Positions 17,651 through 27,178 are shown, counted from the stretch's first letter. The stretch is 27,206 nt of DNA from Nitrospira japonica (GCA_020725385.1 DYFC01000070.1:1-27206), one strand, 5' to 3'. The notes: generated by a model not told the origin, from the letters alone. Made by a program: numbers and translations.

Positions 17651-17887
17651 AGAAAAATCTCCTTTATAAACAAAATTTGCACCACTATTTTAACTAAAAT
17701 AATATTATTAGTACAATAAAATATTTTTATTATAATATCATAATCTTTATTTACATTTGCTAATATTTTAAAAAATAAATATCTAAGCTAACCCAGTATT
17801 TTCTAACAAATGTACAAAATAATTTTATCTTCTTGTAATTTAATTTAGCATTTGTTATATTATTTTCAAGAGTAAGGGGTATAAATT

Positions 17888-18961
17888 ATGAGGTATATAA
17901 TTCATCTGACTTTTAAGTGTAACCTTGATTGCGAATATTGTTATATCACTAAATCTAATAAAACGCTTACACTTGAAACTGCAAAAAACATTATTGATTT
18001 CATATTCAAGTATATGCCTTCAGGAGAAAAAATTGAAATTTTATTTACAGGTGGAGAGCCTTTAATCGAATTTGAACTTTTAAAACAGATTATGTACTTA
18101 ATAAAATTACAAAACTCACTTGAAAACAGGAATATTAAATTTTCAGTAATAACAAATGGTACTATTTTTTCAAAGGAAATAAAAAAATTTCTAAGTGAGA
18201 ACAATTTCTCGTTGTGTATAAGTTGCGATGGCCCTCCGGATATTCATGATATAATGAGATGTTTCCCGGATAAAAATAAAAGTTCTCATCTTGTTGAACG
18301 AACCTTAAAGGAAGCTGTTAATATATTTCCGGAGCTTTCTGTTCATTCAATCTACCATCCAGCAACATTTAAAAGACTTCATCATGTGGTTGAATATATT
18401 GCTTCAATCGGAGTTAAAAATATTTATCTTAATCCTGATTTTTCAGCAAGATGGACTAAAAGAGATGCAGATGTACTTCCTTCTATATATAATGAAATTG
18501 CAAAGTGGTACCTTACTTATTCACAAAAAAATAATCGATTATATATAAATTTAATAGATAATAAAATGGAAGTTATTCAGCGGGGAGGATATGTATCATC
18601 TGACAAATGCCAACCGGGTATAAAAGCTTTGGCATTTTCACCGTCAGGCGATATTTACCCGTGCGAACGTTTTATAACAGAATTTTCAAATAAAGAAAAT
18701 TGTATCGGAGATATTTATAATGGAATAAGACTTGAGAGAATAATTTTCAAAAATAATGAACTCAATTTTCAGGAAAAATGTGTTTTCTGCGATATTAAAA
18801 ATTTCTGTATGAACTGGTGTTGTTGTTCCAATTATTTAACATCCGGTTTTTACAATAGAACCGGTCCATTTTTATGCGCATCAGAAAAAACAGCCATAAA
18901 TACTGCTTTAAACATTTACAAAACGCTTAAGGGTAATTTATCCCAATCAGTCTTTATTTAA
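17888..18961 (+). CDS. Radical SAM protein with SPASM domain, substrate unknown
   Basis: CNLDCEYC, TGGEPL, TNGT, SCDGP; SPASM cysteines CQPG...GDIYPC...CVFCDIKNFCMNWCCC...FLC. Confidence 0.9.
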   Translation: MRYIIHLTFKCNLDCEYCYITKSNKTLTLETAKNIIDFIFKYMPSGEKIEILFTGGEPLIEFELLKQIMYLIKLQNSLENRNIKFSVITNGTIFSKEIKKFLSENNFSLCISCDGPPDIHDIMRCFPDKNKSSHLVERTLKEAVNIFPELSVHSIYHPATFKRLHHVVEYIASIGVKNIYLNPDFSARWTKRDADVLPSIYNEIAKWYLTYSQKNNRLYINLIDNKMEVIQRGGYVSSDKCQPGIKALAFSPSGDIYPCERFITEFSNKENCIGDIYNGIRLERIIFKNNELNFQEKCVFCDIKNFCMNWCCCSNYLTSGFYNRTGPFLCASEKTAINTALNIYKTLKGNLSQSVFI

Positions 18962-19471
18962 AATCCTCATAGAAATATTCTCAAAAACCTCATTCAACCT
19001 AACGAGTCCCGCGAATCTTCTTTTTTCTTCAAGAACAGGAAGAAGAATAAGATCGTTATGAAGCATTATATATGCTGCTTTGACAATTGGATCTTCAGGG
19101 TCAACAAAATGTTTTACAGGAAGCATTATATTATTTACAGTCTTTTCTGCAAGGTTTTTTGATTCTTTACTGAAGAGTTCATCCCATACCACGGTCAAGC
19201 TTACTGTATTATTCTCGGGTATTTCGGAAGTTAAAGTTGGTTTTAGAAATTCCGGTTCGAGACCCTTGAGAACTTCCTTTAAAGTTATAAAACCCATAAG
19301 ACTATACCTTTCATCAAATACAAGTACTGCTTTTGGATCAGGGGATTTTTTGTTCTGAAAAAATGAAGTTTTCATTATTTTCATGGTTTGTCCTATTGAA
19401 AACCAGTATGGCACATGGGGGTAATCGAAAATTCCTACCATTATGTCATTTACAGTCTGTTTATTTTCCAT
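18947..19471 (-). CDS. CBS-domain pair protein
   Basis: TVNDIM...AVLVFDE...GFITLKEVL and TVNNIM.P...VDPEDPIVKAAYIM...LPVLE...GLVR; AGGAG RBS. Confidence 0.85.
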   Translation of the reverse strand: MENKQTVNDIMVGIFDYPHVPYWFSIGQTMKIMKTSFFQNKKSPDPKAVLVFDERYSLMGFITLKEVLKGLEPEFLKPTLTSEIPENNTVSLTVVWDELFSKESKNLAEKTVNNIMLPVKHFVDPEDPIVKAAYIMLHNDLILLPVLEEKRRFAGLVRLNEVFENISMRILNKD

Positions 19472-19567
19472 CTTGCTCTCCTTTCGGTAGTTTTAAATGA
19501 AATGATTCTAACCTAAGAGATATTTTTTTTCCAGTAAAAATGGAAATATAAAATTCCTCTCATTCTA

Positions 19568-19657
19568 ACAAAATTGTAAGTAGCTACAATTTTGTAGATT
19601 TATTTATTTATAAAAACCTCTATTTATCAAGGAGTTTCAATTGGCACGTTTTTGGAT
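19568..19657 (+). promoter_or_regulatory. Sigma54-type promoter with tandem UAS and IHF-like site upstream of the first amt operon
   Basis: ACAAAATTGT (19568-19577), CTACAATTTTGTAG (19584-19597), TATCAAGGAGTTT (19625-19637, one mismatch to IHF consensus), TGGCACGTTTTTGGAT (19642-19657). Confidence 0.72.
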
Positions 19658-19678
19658 ATATATAAAACAGGAAACAAG

Positions 19679-19888
19679 ATGGAATCTCTTAAGGAAAAAA
19701 TAGAAGAGATTGAGAAAAAGGAGATCATCGAAGCTTTGATGAACTCCAACTGGATTATGTCAAGGGCGGCGCGCAAACTTGGCATTACAGAAAGAATGAT
19801 CGGATATAAGATCAAAAAATATAGAATTATCAGAAAGGAGGTGGAAGGTATCCGGAATACAGAGAATGAAGAAGCAAAAAAGCTTTAA
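19679..19888 (+). CDS. Stand-alone Fis-type helix-turn-helix protein resembling the NifA-family C-terminal domain
   Basis: EIEKKEIIEALMNSNWIMSRAARKLGITERMIGYKIKKY. ATG 19679 is preferred because the TTG at 19652 lies inside the promoter. Confidence 0.8.
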   Translation: MESLKEKIEEIEKKEIIEALMNSNWIMSRAARKLGITERMIGYKIKKYRIIRKEVEGIRNTENEEAKKL

Positions 19889-19932
19889 GATTCAATGAAA
19901 AAATACAAATTTAATAAAGGAGAATTATATAA

Positions 19933-20709
19933 ATGAAAAACTTAAAATTAACAGGCATTGCTTTAATCTTAATGTTACTTTTGACACTTATTACTTCTAT
20001 TGGCAACATATACGCACAGGAAACAAAAACATCGGGCAGCGCCTCGGTTGATTTAATGAGCAATTATGTATGGAGGGGACAGAAGTTAAGTAATAGCTGG
20101 GTTGTTCAACCATCTGTAGCCATTAACTATGGAGTCTTTGGCGCTAATATCTGGGCTAATTATGACTCGGATTCAAAGATTGATGAAGGAGATGGTCATG
20201 GTGAATTTACTGAAACTGATATAACCCTGAGTTATACCCGTTCAATGGATAAATGGACTTTTGGTACTGGGTATATATACTATGCTTTGAATAATGCTAA
20301 CGATACACAGGAAGTTTATCTTTCAGTTTCTTATGATACGTTTTTAAAGCCAACTCTTACAATATACTACGATTTTGATGAAGGTAATGGTGCATTTATT
20401 ACAGCTTCAATAGGTCATACAGTTGAAGTATTAAAAGATATTAATTGGAATTTTGGTGCATTGGCAAGTTATAACATCAATAACAAAGTTATGGGTCTTA
20501 ATAAAGATGGCGAAGATTTCAGCAATTTCTATAATGCAGAGGCTTCAATATCATTGAATATTCCGGTATGGAAAGCTATTACAATAACACCGAAACTCGC
20601 TTATTCAATACCTTTGAGCAGTGATGCAAAAGAAGCTATAAAATCAATTAGTGATGATGGAGATAGGTACATTCTGTATGGCGGAATCAATCTATCGCTA
20701 AGTTTTTAA
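19933..20709 (+). CDS. Outer-membrane beta-barrel protein (TorF/TIGR02001-like putative porin)
   Basis: Signal peptide ending IYA, SNYVWRG motif, alternating aromatic beta-strands, and C-terminal Phe (YGGINLSLSF). Confidence 0.75.
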   Translation: MKNLKLTGIALILMLLLTLITSIGNIYAQETKTSGSASVDLMSNYVWRGQKLSNSWVVQPSVAINYGVFGANIWANYDSDSKIDEGDGHGEFTETDITLSYTRSMDKWTFGTGYIYYALNNANDTQEVYLSVSYDTFLKPTLTIYYDFDEGNGAFITASIGHTVEVLKDINWNFGALASYNINNKVMGLNKDGEDFSNFYNAEASISLNIPVWKAITITPKLAYSIPLSSDAKEAIKSISDDGDRYILYGGINLSLSF

Positions 20710-20720
20710 GGAGGATTACT

Positions 20721-22091
20721 ATGAGAAAATTATCAATATTGGCATTTTTGATATTCATACTTTTTAGTAGCCAGGTAACGGCGGAAGAAGTTGCTAACCC
20801 CCCTTCTCCTCCGGCGGTTGAGCAGGCGGGTCCTGCTCAACCCATTCCTCCGGCACTTATAACCAAAGAAGAACCGAAGATAGACACAGGTGATACTGCA
20901 TGGATGATAGTTGCAACAGCTCTTGTGATGCTTATGACATTACCCGGTTTAGCCTTATTCTATGGAGGTCTTGCTAAGAGAAAAGACACACTTAATACTA
21001 TGGCAATGTCTTTTGTAACCTATTGTATAGTGAGCTTTCTCTGGGTAATATATGGATTCAGTCTAACATTTGGTACAGATATTGGCGGTATTATAGGAAG
21101 TACCGAGAAATTATTTTTATCCGGTGTTGGCGTAAACAGTATTAATGACCTTGCGAAAACAATACCCGAATATATCTATATTGTTTATCAGCTTACTTTT
21201 GCAGCAATTACTGTAGCACTTGCAAGCGGTGCTTATATAGAAAGAATGAAGTTTTCAGCATGGGTTCTTTTTACAATTTTATGGATGACTTTGGTGTATA
21301 TACCTGTTGCACATTGGGTATGGGGTGGAGGATTTCTTGCAAAACTTGGAGCACTTGATTTTGCAGGTGGAACAGTCGTACATATAAATGCAGGAATAGC
21401 AGCTTTAATGGGAGCTCTGGTATTAGGGAAGAGGCGCGAGGCATCATTAAAACCTAGTAATTTAACACTTGTTGTAACCGGTGCAGGCCTTTTATGGTTT
21501 GGATGGTTCGGATTCAATGCAGGTTCGGCAGTTGCAGCTAATGGACTTGCAGGCGCTGCTTTTATAAATACAAACACAGCAACAGCTCTGGCTGCAATAT
21601 CATGGATGTTTACAGAGTGGTTGCATACGAAAAAACCTACTGTTCTTGGTCTTGCATCAGGTGCAGTAGCCGGATTGGTAGCTATAACACCTGCTGCGGG
21701 TTTTGTTAATATTAAAGGAGCAATTATTATTGGAATACTGGCCGGTATAATCCCGTATTTTGCTGTTGCAAGCATAAAACCGAAACTCGGATATGACGAT
21801 TCTCTCGATGCATTCGGGATACATGGAGTTGGTGGTATTCTTGGTGCAATACTAACAGGAGTATTTGCAGACCCTTCAATTAATGAAGTTGGCAAAGGTT
21901 TGTTGTTCGGTAATCCCGGTCAAATGCTCACGCAGATTATTGCTGTAATTGTGACAATGGCTTACAGTGCTATTATGACTTTGATTATATTTATGATAGT
22001 TAAGGTTATAATTGGTGTAAGGGTTAATATTGAGCACGAAATAACCGGACTTGATGAAAGCCAGCATGGCGAAAAAGCGTATAGTTTGTAA
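20721..22091 (+). CDS. amtB: Ammonium transporter
   Basis: GDTAW, PGLALFYGG, DFAGGTVVH, WFGWFGFNAGS, DDSLDAFGIHG (both twin-His residues); signal peptide and Pro-rich linker. Confidence 0.96.
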   Translation: MRKLSILAFLIFILFSSQVTAEEVANPPSPPAVEQAGPAQPIPPALITKEEPKIDTGDTAWMIVATALVMLMTLPGLALFYGGLAKRKDTLNTMAMSFVTYCIVSFLWVIYGFSLTFGTDIGGIIGSTEKLFLSGVGVNSINDLAKTIPEYIYIVYQLTFAAITVALASGAYIERMKFSAWVLFTILWMTLVYIPVAHWVWGGGFLAKLGALDFAGGTVVHINAGIAALMGALVLGKRREASLKPSNLTLVVTGAGLLWFGWFGFNAGSAVAANGLAGAAFINTNTATALAAISWMFTEWLHTKKPTVLGLASGAVAGLVAITPAAGFVNIKGAIIIGILAGIIPYFAVASIKPKLGYDDSLDAFGIHGVGGILGAILTGVFADPSINEVGKGLLFGNPGQMLTQIIAVIVTMAYSAIMTLIIFMIVKVIIGVRVNIEHEITGLDESQHGEKAYSL

Positions 22092-22106
22092 TGAAAAAAG
22101 GAGTAA

Positions 22107-22448
<342 letters not shown>

Positions 22449-22497
22449 CTCTAAAGGCAAAGAGCTAATAGCAGAGAGCAAAGAGCCAGAAAACAGA

Positions 22498-22630
22498 AGC
22501 CGTGCCTGTTCTCCGATATCCGTAAAAGGCATTATAAAAACCAGAGGGGAACCATATCTGTAAGCACACAAAATGTAAGGTGAAATTAGATACCTGATAT
22601 TTTTAACAGACAAGAGGCACGGCTATTTTT
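22498..22630 (+). ncRNA. Candidate structured RNA of unknown family, 3' of the PII gene
   Basis: 10-bp GC-rich closing stem AGCCGTGCCT/AGGCACGGCT enclosing nested stems GTTCTCC/GGGGAAC, TCTGT/ACAGA and AGGTG/TACCT, followed by ATTTTT. Folded by eye; strand is not certain. Confidence 0.45.
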
Positions 22631-22679
22631 CGGGAAATATTTATATTATCTGATGAATTTAAAAGACAGTAATTTTCCA

Positions 22680-22885
22680 ACAAAATTGTAGGAACTACAA
22701 AATTGTATGAAATAACAGGCTCCTGATTAATCTTTATAATATATTGAAAAAAAATAATAAAATTTAGTTTATTGAACTCTTTTAATATTAAATCACACAA
22801 AATTGTAGGAAATTCCCAGCAATAAAAAATGTTCTTACATAAAACACTTTAATATCAACATGTTACAAATGGCATACTTTTAGAT
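22680..22885 (+). promoter_or_regulatory. Sigma54-type promoter with three UAS copies and IHF site upstream of amt2-glnA
   Basis: ACAAAATTGT at 22680, 22697 and 22797; TATCAACATGTTA (22853-22865, exact IHF consensus); TGGCATACTTTTAGAT (22870-22885). Confidence 0.72.
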
Positions 22886-22925
22886 AATAAGCTCAAGTAA
22901 GTTGCTGATATTAATCGGAGGTTTT

Positions 22926-24236
22926 ATGACAAAATTATGGAGCACAATGTTTTTCATATTTTTCTCACTTTCTGGTATAGCTTTAGGTCAAGAAAATACT
23001 TCCGCTGTTTCCGGAATCGATACGGGTGATACTGCATGGATTCTGTTTTCAGCTGCCCTTGTGATGCTTATGACACCCGGACTTGCTCTTTTTTATGGTG
23101 GCATGGTCAGAGGGAAAAATGTACTCGGAACGATTATGCAAAGTTTCGTAGCAATGGCTGTTATAAGTGTTCAATGGATATTAATAGGTTATAGTCTATC
23201 ATTCGGTCCGGATGTAAATGGTTTAATCGGTAATCTCGATTGGATAGGGTTAAATGGAGTAGGAATTAATCCAAATTCTGATTATGCACCAACAATACCC
23301 CATATTGCGTTTATGATATATCAAGCAATGTTTGCTGTTATTACTCCTGCTTTAATTACAGGGGCATTTGCTGAAAGGATGAAGTTCTCAGCATATTTTG
23401 TTTTTATACTTCTATGGTCAACCTTTGTATATGACCCTGTGGCGCACTGGGTGTGGGGTACCGGTGGCTGGCTTAAAAAAATGGGCACTCTTGATTTTGC
23501 AGGCGGTATAGTTGTTCATTTAATATCAGGAATCTCGGCTCTTGCTGCTGCACTGGTTATAGGTAAAAGAAAAGGTTATTTGCAGGAAGCAATATATCCG
23601 CATAATTTACCAATGACAGTGCTTGGAACAGGACTGCTCTGGTTCGGGTGGTTTGGTTTTAACGCCGGTAGTGCTCTTTCTGCCGGAACTTTGAGCACAT
23701 GGGCTTTTGTATCAACCCATACATCAGCTGTTGCTGCAACAGTTATCTGGATTATTATCGAATGGATACATAGAGGAAAACCAACAATGTTTGGTGCTGC
23801 GACAGGGTCGATTGCAGGACTTGCAACTATAACACCCGCTTCAGGTTTTGTAACTCCTATGTCAGCACTAATAATAGGTCTATTAGCAGGAGCTGTTTGT
23901 TATACATCATTAAACATAAAAGGTAAAATCGGATATGATGATTCTCTCGACGCTTTTGGAGTGCACGGAATTGGTGGAATAATAGGAACACTTGCGACAG
24001 GCCTCTTTGCCCAGACAGCAATAAATCCATCCGGAAGTAACGGTCTTTTCTTTGGGAATCATAAAATGTTTATGTCTCAAATGATAGCGATACTTGTAAC
24101 AGCAATATATTCATTCTTTGTAAGTTTGATAATATTGAAACTGATAGACAAAATTATCGGGTTAAGAGTCGATGAAGATTCAGAAATAAGTGGTCTTGAT
24201 ATATCCCAGCATGGCGAAAAAGGATATTCATTATAA
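22926..24236 (+). CDS. amtB: Ammonium transporter, second paralog
   Basis: GDTAW, PGLALFYGG, DFAGGIVVH, WFGWFGFNAGS, DAFGVHG. ATG 22926 follows GGAGG (22917-22921). Confidence 0.95.
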   Translation: MTKLWSTMFFIFFSLSGIALGQENTSAVSGIDTGDTAWILFSAALVMLMTPGLALFYGGMVRGKNVLGTIMQSFVAMAVISVQWILIGYSLSFGPDVNGLIGNLDWIGLNGVGINPNSDYAPTIPHIAFMIYQAMFAVITPALITGAFAERMKFSAYFVFILLWSTFVYDPVAHWVWGTGGWLKKMGTLDFAGGIVVHLISGISALAAALVIGKRKGYLQEAIYPHNLPMTVLGTGLLWFGWFGFNAGSALSAGTLSTWAFVSTHTSAVAATVIWIIIEWIHRGKPTMFGAATGSIAGLATITPASGFVTPMSALIIGLLAGAVCYTSLNIKGKIGYDDSLDAFGVHGIGGIIGTLATGLFAQTAINPSGSNGLFFGNHKMFMSQMIAILVTAIYSFFVSLIILKLIDKIIGLRVDEDSEISGLDISQHGEKGYSL

Positions 24237-24320
24237 AAGATTGGAGGTGAAAAGATTTTATTAATTTGAAGTAATTTATAACAAACAAAATATCCAAATA
24301 CAAACAAGGAGGAATCTATA

Positions 24321-25733
24321 ATGAATCCAAAAGAAGTAATTGATTTTGCAAAAAAGAACAAAGTTGTTATGGTGGACCTGAAATTCATGGATTTCCCGGG
24401 TCTATGGCAGCATTTTTCAATTCCAATGAGTGAATTTTCATCCGATATTTTTGAAGACGGACTCGGATTTGATGGTTCATCAATCAGAGGATGGCAGGCA
24501 ATCCATATGAGTGACATGCTCGTTATTCCGGATCCAACAACAGCTGTAATGGATCCCTTTACCCAGCATCCAACGCTGAGCTTAATTTGTAATGTAGTTG
24601 ATCCCATTACAAAAGAACCATATTCAAGGGATCCGCGCTATATTGCACAAAAAGCTGAAGCTTATATGAGGTCAACTAAAGTTGCGGATACAGCATATTT
24701 TGGCCCTGAGGCAGAATTTTTCATATTTGATGATGTACGGTTTGATTACACTGCAAATAGCGGGTATCATTTCGTGGATTCCATTGAAGGAATATGGAAC
24801 TCTGGCAGAGAAGAAAGCCCGAATCTCGGGTATAAACCAAGACATAAAGAAGGTTATTTTCCAGTTCCACCAATGGATAAACTTCAGGATATTCGCACAG
24901 AAATGGTTCTTGAACTTGAAAAAGCCGGCATAAACGTTGAGGCACAACACCACGAAGTTGCAACAGGCGGGCAGTGTGAGATTGATATGAAATTTTCTCC
25001 ACTTGTTAACATGGCTGATAAACTTATGATGTATAAATATATAATTAAAAATGTTGCCCTAAGAAACGGCAAGTCTGTTACACTTATGCCAAAACCATTG
25101 TTTGGTGACAACGGGTCAGGCATGCACACACATCAAAGCCTATGGAAAGGTGGAAAGCCACTTTTTTCCGGAAGTGGATATGCGGGACTATCCGAAATGG
25201 CTCTTTATTATATAGGTGGAATTTTGAAACATGCTCCTGCTCTCGCAGCAATAGTTGCACCTACAACAAATTCATATAAAAGACTCGTTCCGGGGTATGA
25301 AGCTCCAATAAATCTTGCTTATTCAAGTAGAAACAGATCTGCTTCAATCAGAATACCGATGTATTCGGCAAATCCGAAGACAAAAAGAATTGAAGTTAGA
25401 TTCCCGGATCCTTCATGCAACCCTTATCTTGCTTTTTCAGCAATGTTGATGGCAGGTCTTGATGGCATTGAAAATAAAATAGACCCGGGTGAACCATTGG
25501 ATAAAGATATATATGAACTCGGTCCTGAAGAACTTGCTAAAGTTCCAAGTCTTCCCGGTTCTCTTGAAGATGCTCTTGATTGTCTTGAAAAGGACCACGA
25601 GTTTCTTAAAAAAGGTGATGTATTCACAGAAGATGCAATTGAGATGTGGATTAGTTACAAAAGAGCAAAAGAAGTTGATGCGCTCAGACTAAGACCCCAT
25701 CCATATGAATTTTTCCTCTATTACGACATTTAA
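24321..25733 (+). CDS. glnA: Glutamine synthetase type I
   Basis: [72 protein letters not shown] corresponds to the adenylylation-site Tyr motif. Confidence 0.97.
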   Translation: MNPKEVIDFAKKNKVVMVDLKFMDFPGLWQHFSIPMSEFSSDIFEDGLGFDGSSIRGWQAIHMSDMLVIPDPTTAVMDPFTQHPTLSLICNVVDPITKEPYSRDPRYIAQKAEAYMRSTKVADTAYFGPEAEFFIFDDVRFDYTANSGYHFVDSIEGIWNSGREESPNLGYKPRHKEGYFPVPPMDKLQDIRTEMVLELEKAGINVEAQHHEVATGGQCEIDMKFSPLVNMADKLMMYKYIIKNVALRNGKSVTLMPKPLFGDNGSGMHTHQSLWKGGKPLFSGSGYAGLSEMALYYIGGILKHAPALAAIVAPTTNSYKRLVPGYEAPINLAYSSRNRSASIRIPMYSANPKTKRIEVRFPDPSCNPYLAFSAMLMAGLDGIENKIDPGEPLDKDIYELGPEELAKVPSLPGSLEDALDCLEKDHEFLKKGDVFTEDAIEMWISYKRAKEVDALRLRPHPYEFFLYYDI

Positions 25734-25743
25734 TAATACTCTT

Positions 25744-25782
25744 TTCCTCCATGTCTTCTTCAAATCCGGGGACATGGAGGAA
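25744..25782 (+). terminator. Hairpin after glnA (probable terminator or stabiliser)
   Basis: TTCCTCCATGTC / GACATGGAGGAA 12-bp stem starting 11 nt after the stop, with T-rich sequence shortly downstream. Confidence 0.7.
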
Positions 25783-25884
25783 CATTATTCATTTTTTTTC
25801 TAAAGTTATATTACCCCAATAAGAGTCAATAGATAATTTCACCAAAATATCTTTTTTTAAGTTAAAATATAACTCTTTCAAAGT

Positions 25885-25960
25885 GGGCGGTTAGCTCAGC
25901 TGGGAGAGCGCCACGTTCGCAACGTGGAAGTCGAGGGTTCGAATCCCTTACCGTCCACCA
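25885..25960 (+). tRNA. tRNA-Ala(CGC)
   Basis: 76-nt cloverleaf: acceptor GGGCGGT/ACCGTCC with G3:U70, anticodon arm CCACG-TTCGCAA-CGTGG, T loop GTTCGAATC, encoded ACCA end. Confidence 0.96.
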
Positions 25961-26600
25961 GGTTTTTTGTTTGTTTTAAGTCAGACGATAACCTGTCGGT
26001 CAATAATCTTATTAATGGTTTAATATCCTCGCATGCACAATCCATTAAAAATAAATCGGATTGCCCAAGCCATAAAAGTTTTCCATCTTCTATGTTGTAA
26101 AACGTTACCTCCATAACTGCAAAATAATTGTCTGTGAATTTTTTAGGAGAGGGAATAAAACTGTAACTATTACTGTAATATTCATACCAGTTATGATACC
26201 ATTCTCCGACTTGGCCGGTTTTTAAAAAAATATCTTTATTATCACTATCAATGTTAATTATCCTCATAATCAATAAGCAATCTGCGCTGTTATCGTTAAT
26301 TACCGACATGATAGTTTTTTTACTTGATAGAACGTGGTATCTTAATACAGTATAACTTGCAATAGAATCTATATTATTGAAGCTTAATCTTTTAACGAAT
26401 TCCTCCTCGGAATTTACTTTGATCACCGGGTCATTAACAACAACAAGAACAAAAATTTTTTTAAAAGTTTTTTCAGGATAATGCTCGTATACCCATACAT
26501 TTATAGCCGGGATTGTTGAACAGGAAAATATAAACGTTAAAGTAAAAAAACATAAAAATATTAATAATAGTTTTTTATTTTTGTAATGAATGCTTCCCAT
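25896..26600 (-). CDS. Putative lipoprotein of unknown function; 3' end runs antisense into the tRNA
   Basis: Basic N-terminus, hydrophobic stretch and lipobox IFSC, followed by an alpha/beta globular region. Confidence 0.7.
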   Translation of the reverse strand: MGSIHYKNKKLLLIFLCFFTLTFIFSCSTIPAINVWVYEHYPEKTFKKIFVLVVVNDPVIKVNSEEEFVKRLSFNNIDSIASYTVLRYHVLSSKKTIMSVINDNSADCLLIMRIINIDSDNKDIFLKTGQVGEWYHNWYEYYSNSYSFIPSPKKFTDNYFAVMEVTFYNIEDGKLLWLGQSDLFLMDCACEDIKPLIRLLTDRLSSDLKQTKNLVDGKGFEPSTSTLRTWRSPS

Positions 26601-26662
26601 TTTGGCAATTTAATTATAACAACTTGTTTCAGATTAAAAAAAGACTTATATTATCATATATC

Positions 26663-27178
26663 ATGGTTAGAATAATTTTTATTTTATTTTTATCTGTAAC
26701 CACTCTTTCTTTATTCAGTTGCAATATGCAATCTAAAAAAAGTGATTTACTACAGGTTAAGACAGGAAATAGCCCGCCTGACTTTTACGGTTATACATTG
26801 GACGGTGAAGAAGTACGGTTGCATAATTATCGGGGCAAAATTGTAATGCTTATTTTCTGGAAAACATGGTGTGAAGCATGTAAACAGGAGTTGCAGGAGA
26901 TGACATATGTTCAGGAAAAATATAGTAATCACTTAACAATACTCGCTATAAATATGGGTGAATCCAAAGACGCAGTGCGTTTTTTTAAGAGGAGATTAAG
27001 ATTAAATTTTCCTGTATTAATGGATCAAGATTTGATAATATCTTCTAATTATGGGGTAATTGTTTGGCCAACCACAATTTTAATTAATAAAGAAGGATTA
27101 GTACACTGGACAGGAGTTGGTCTTGAGACCGGAAAAATTAAAAAGGAAATAGAGAATCTTTTAAATTCACCCAAATAA
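26663..27178 (+). CDS. TlpA/ResA-like thiol:disulfide oxidoreductase lipoprotein
   Basis: Lipobox LFSC, FWKTWCEAC (CxxC), YGV..WPTTILINKEG cis-Pro loop. ATG 26663 is preferred over TTG 26624. Confidence 0.88.
   Translation: MVRIIFILFLSVTTLSLFSCNMQSKKSDLLQVKTGNSPPDFYGYTLDGEEVRLHNYRGKIVMLIFWKTWCEACKQELQEMTYVQEKYSNHLTILAINMGESKDAVRFFKRRLRLNFPVLMDQDLIISSNYGVIVWPTTILINKEGLVHWTGVGLETGKIKKEIENLLNSPK

Noticed and set aside
17651-17887. Possible precursor-peptide gene for the radical SAM enzyme
   Set aside because: Extremely AT-rich spacer with frequent stops; I could not find a credible RBS-preceded Cys/Gly/Ser-rich ORF.
22481-22494. AAGAGCCAGAAAAC resembles the cobalamin riboswitch B12 box
   Set aside because: The upstream aptamer core is missing (that space is the PII coding region) and the gene context is unrelated.
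22515-22600. Resemblance to the c-di-AMP (ydaO) riboswitch (GGGGAACCA, GGTGAA)
   Set aside because: The conserved 3' elements (GTAGGG, CCCGAA, CAGCTAAC) are absent; only short words match.
25804-25874. 9-bp inverted repeat AGTTATATT/AATATAACT upstream of the tRNA
   Set aside because: Short, AT-only and widely spaced; expected by chance or explained by -10-like boxes.
26718-26732. GTTGCAATATGCAAT, similar to the palindromes at 11079 and 11166
   Set aside because: A single copy inside a coding region (lipobox codons) with no promoter context; probably chance.
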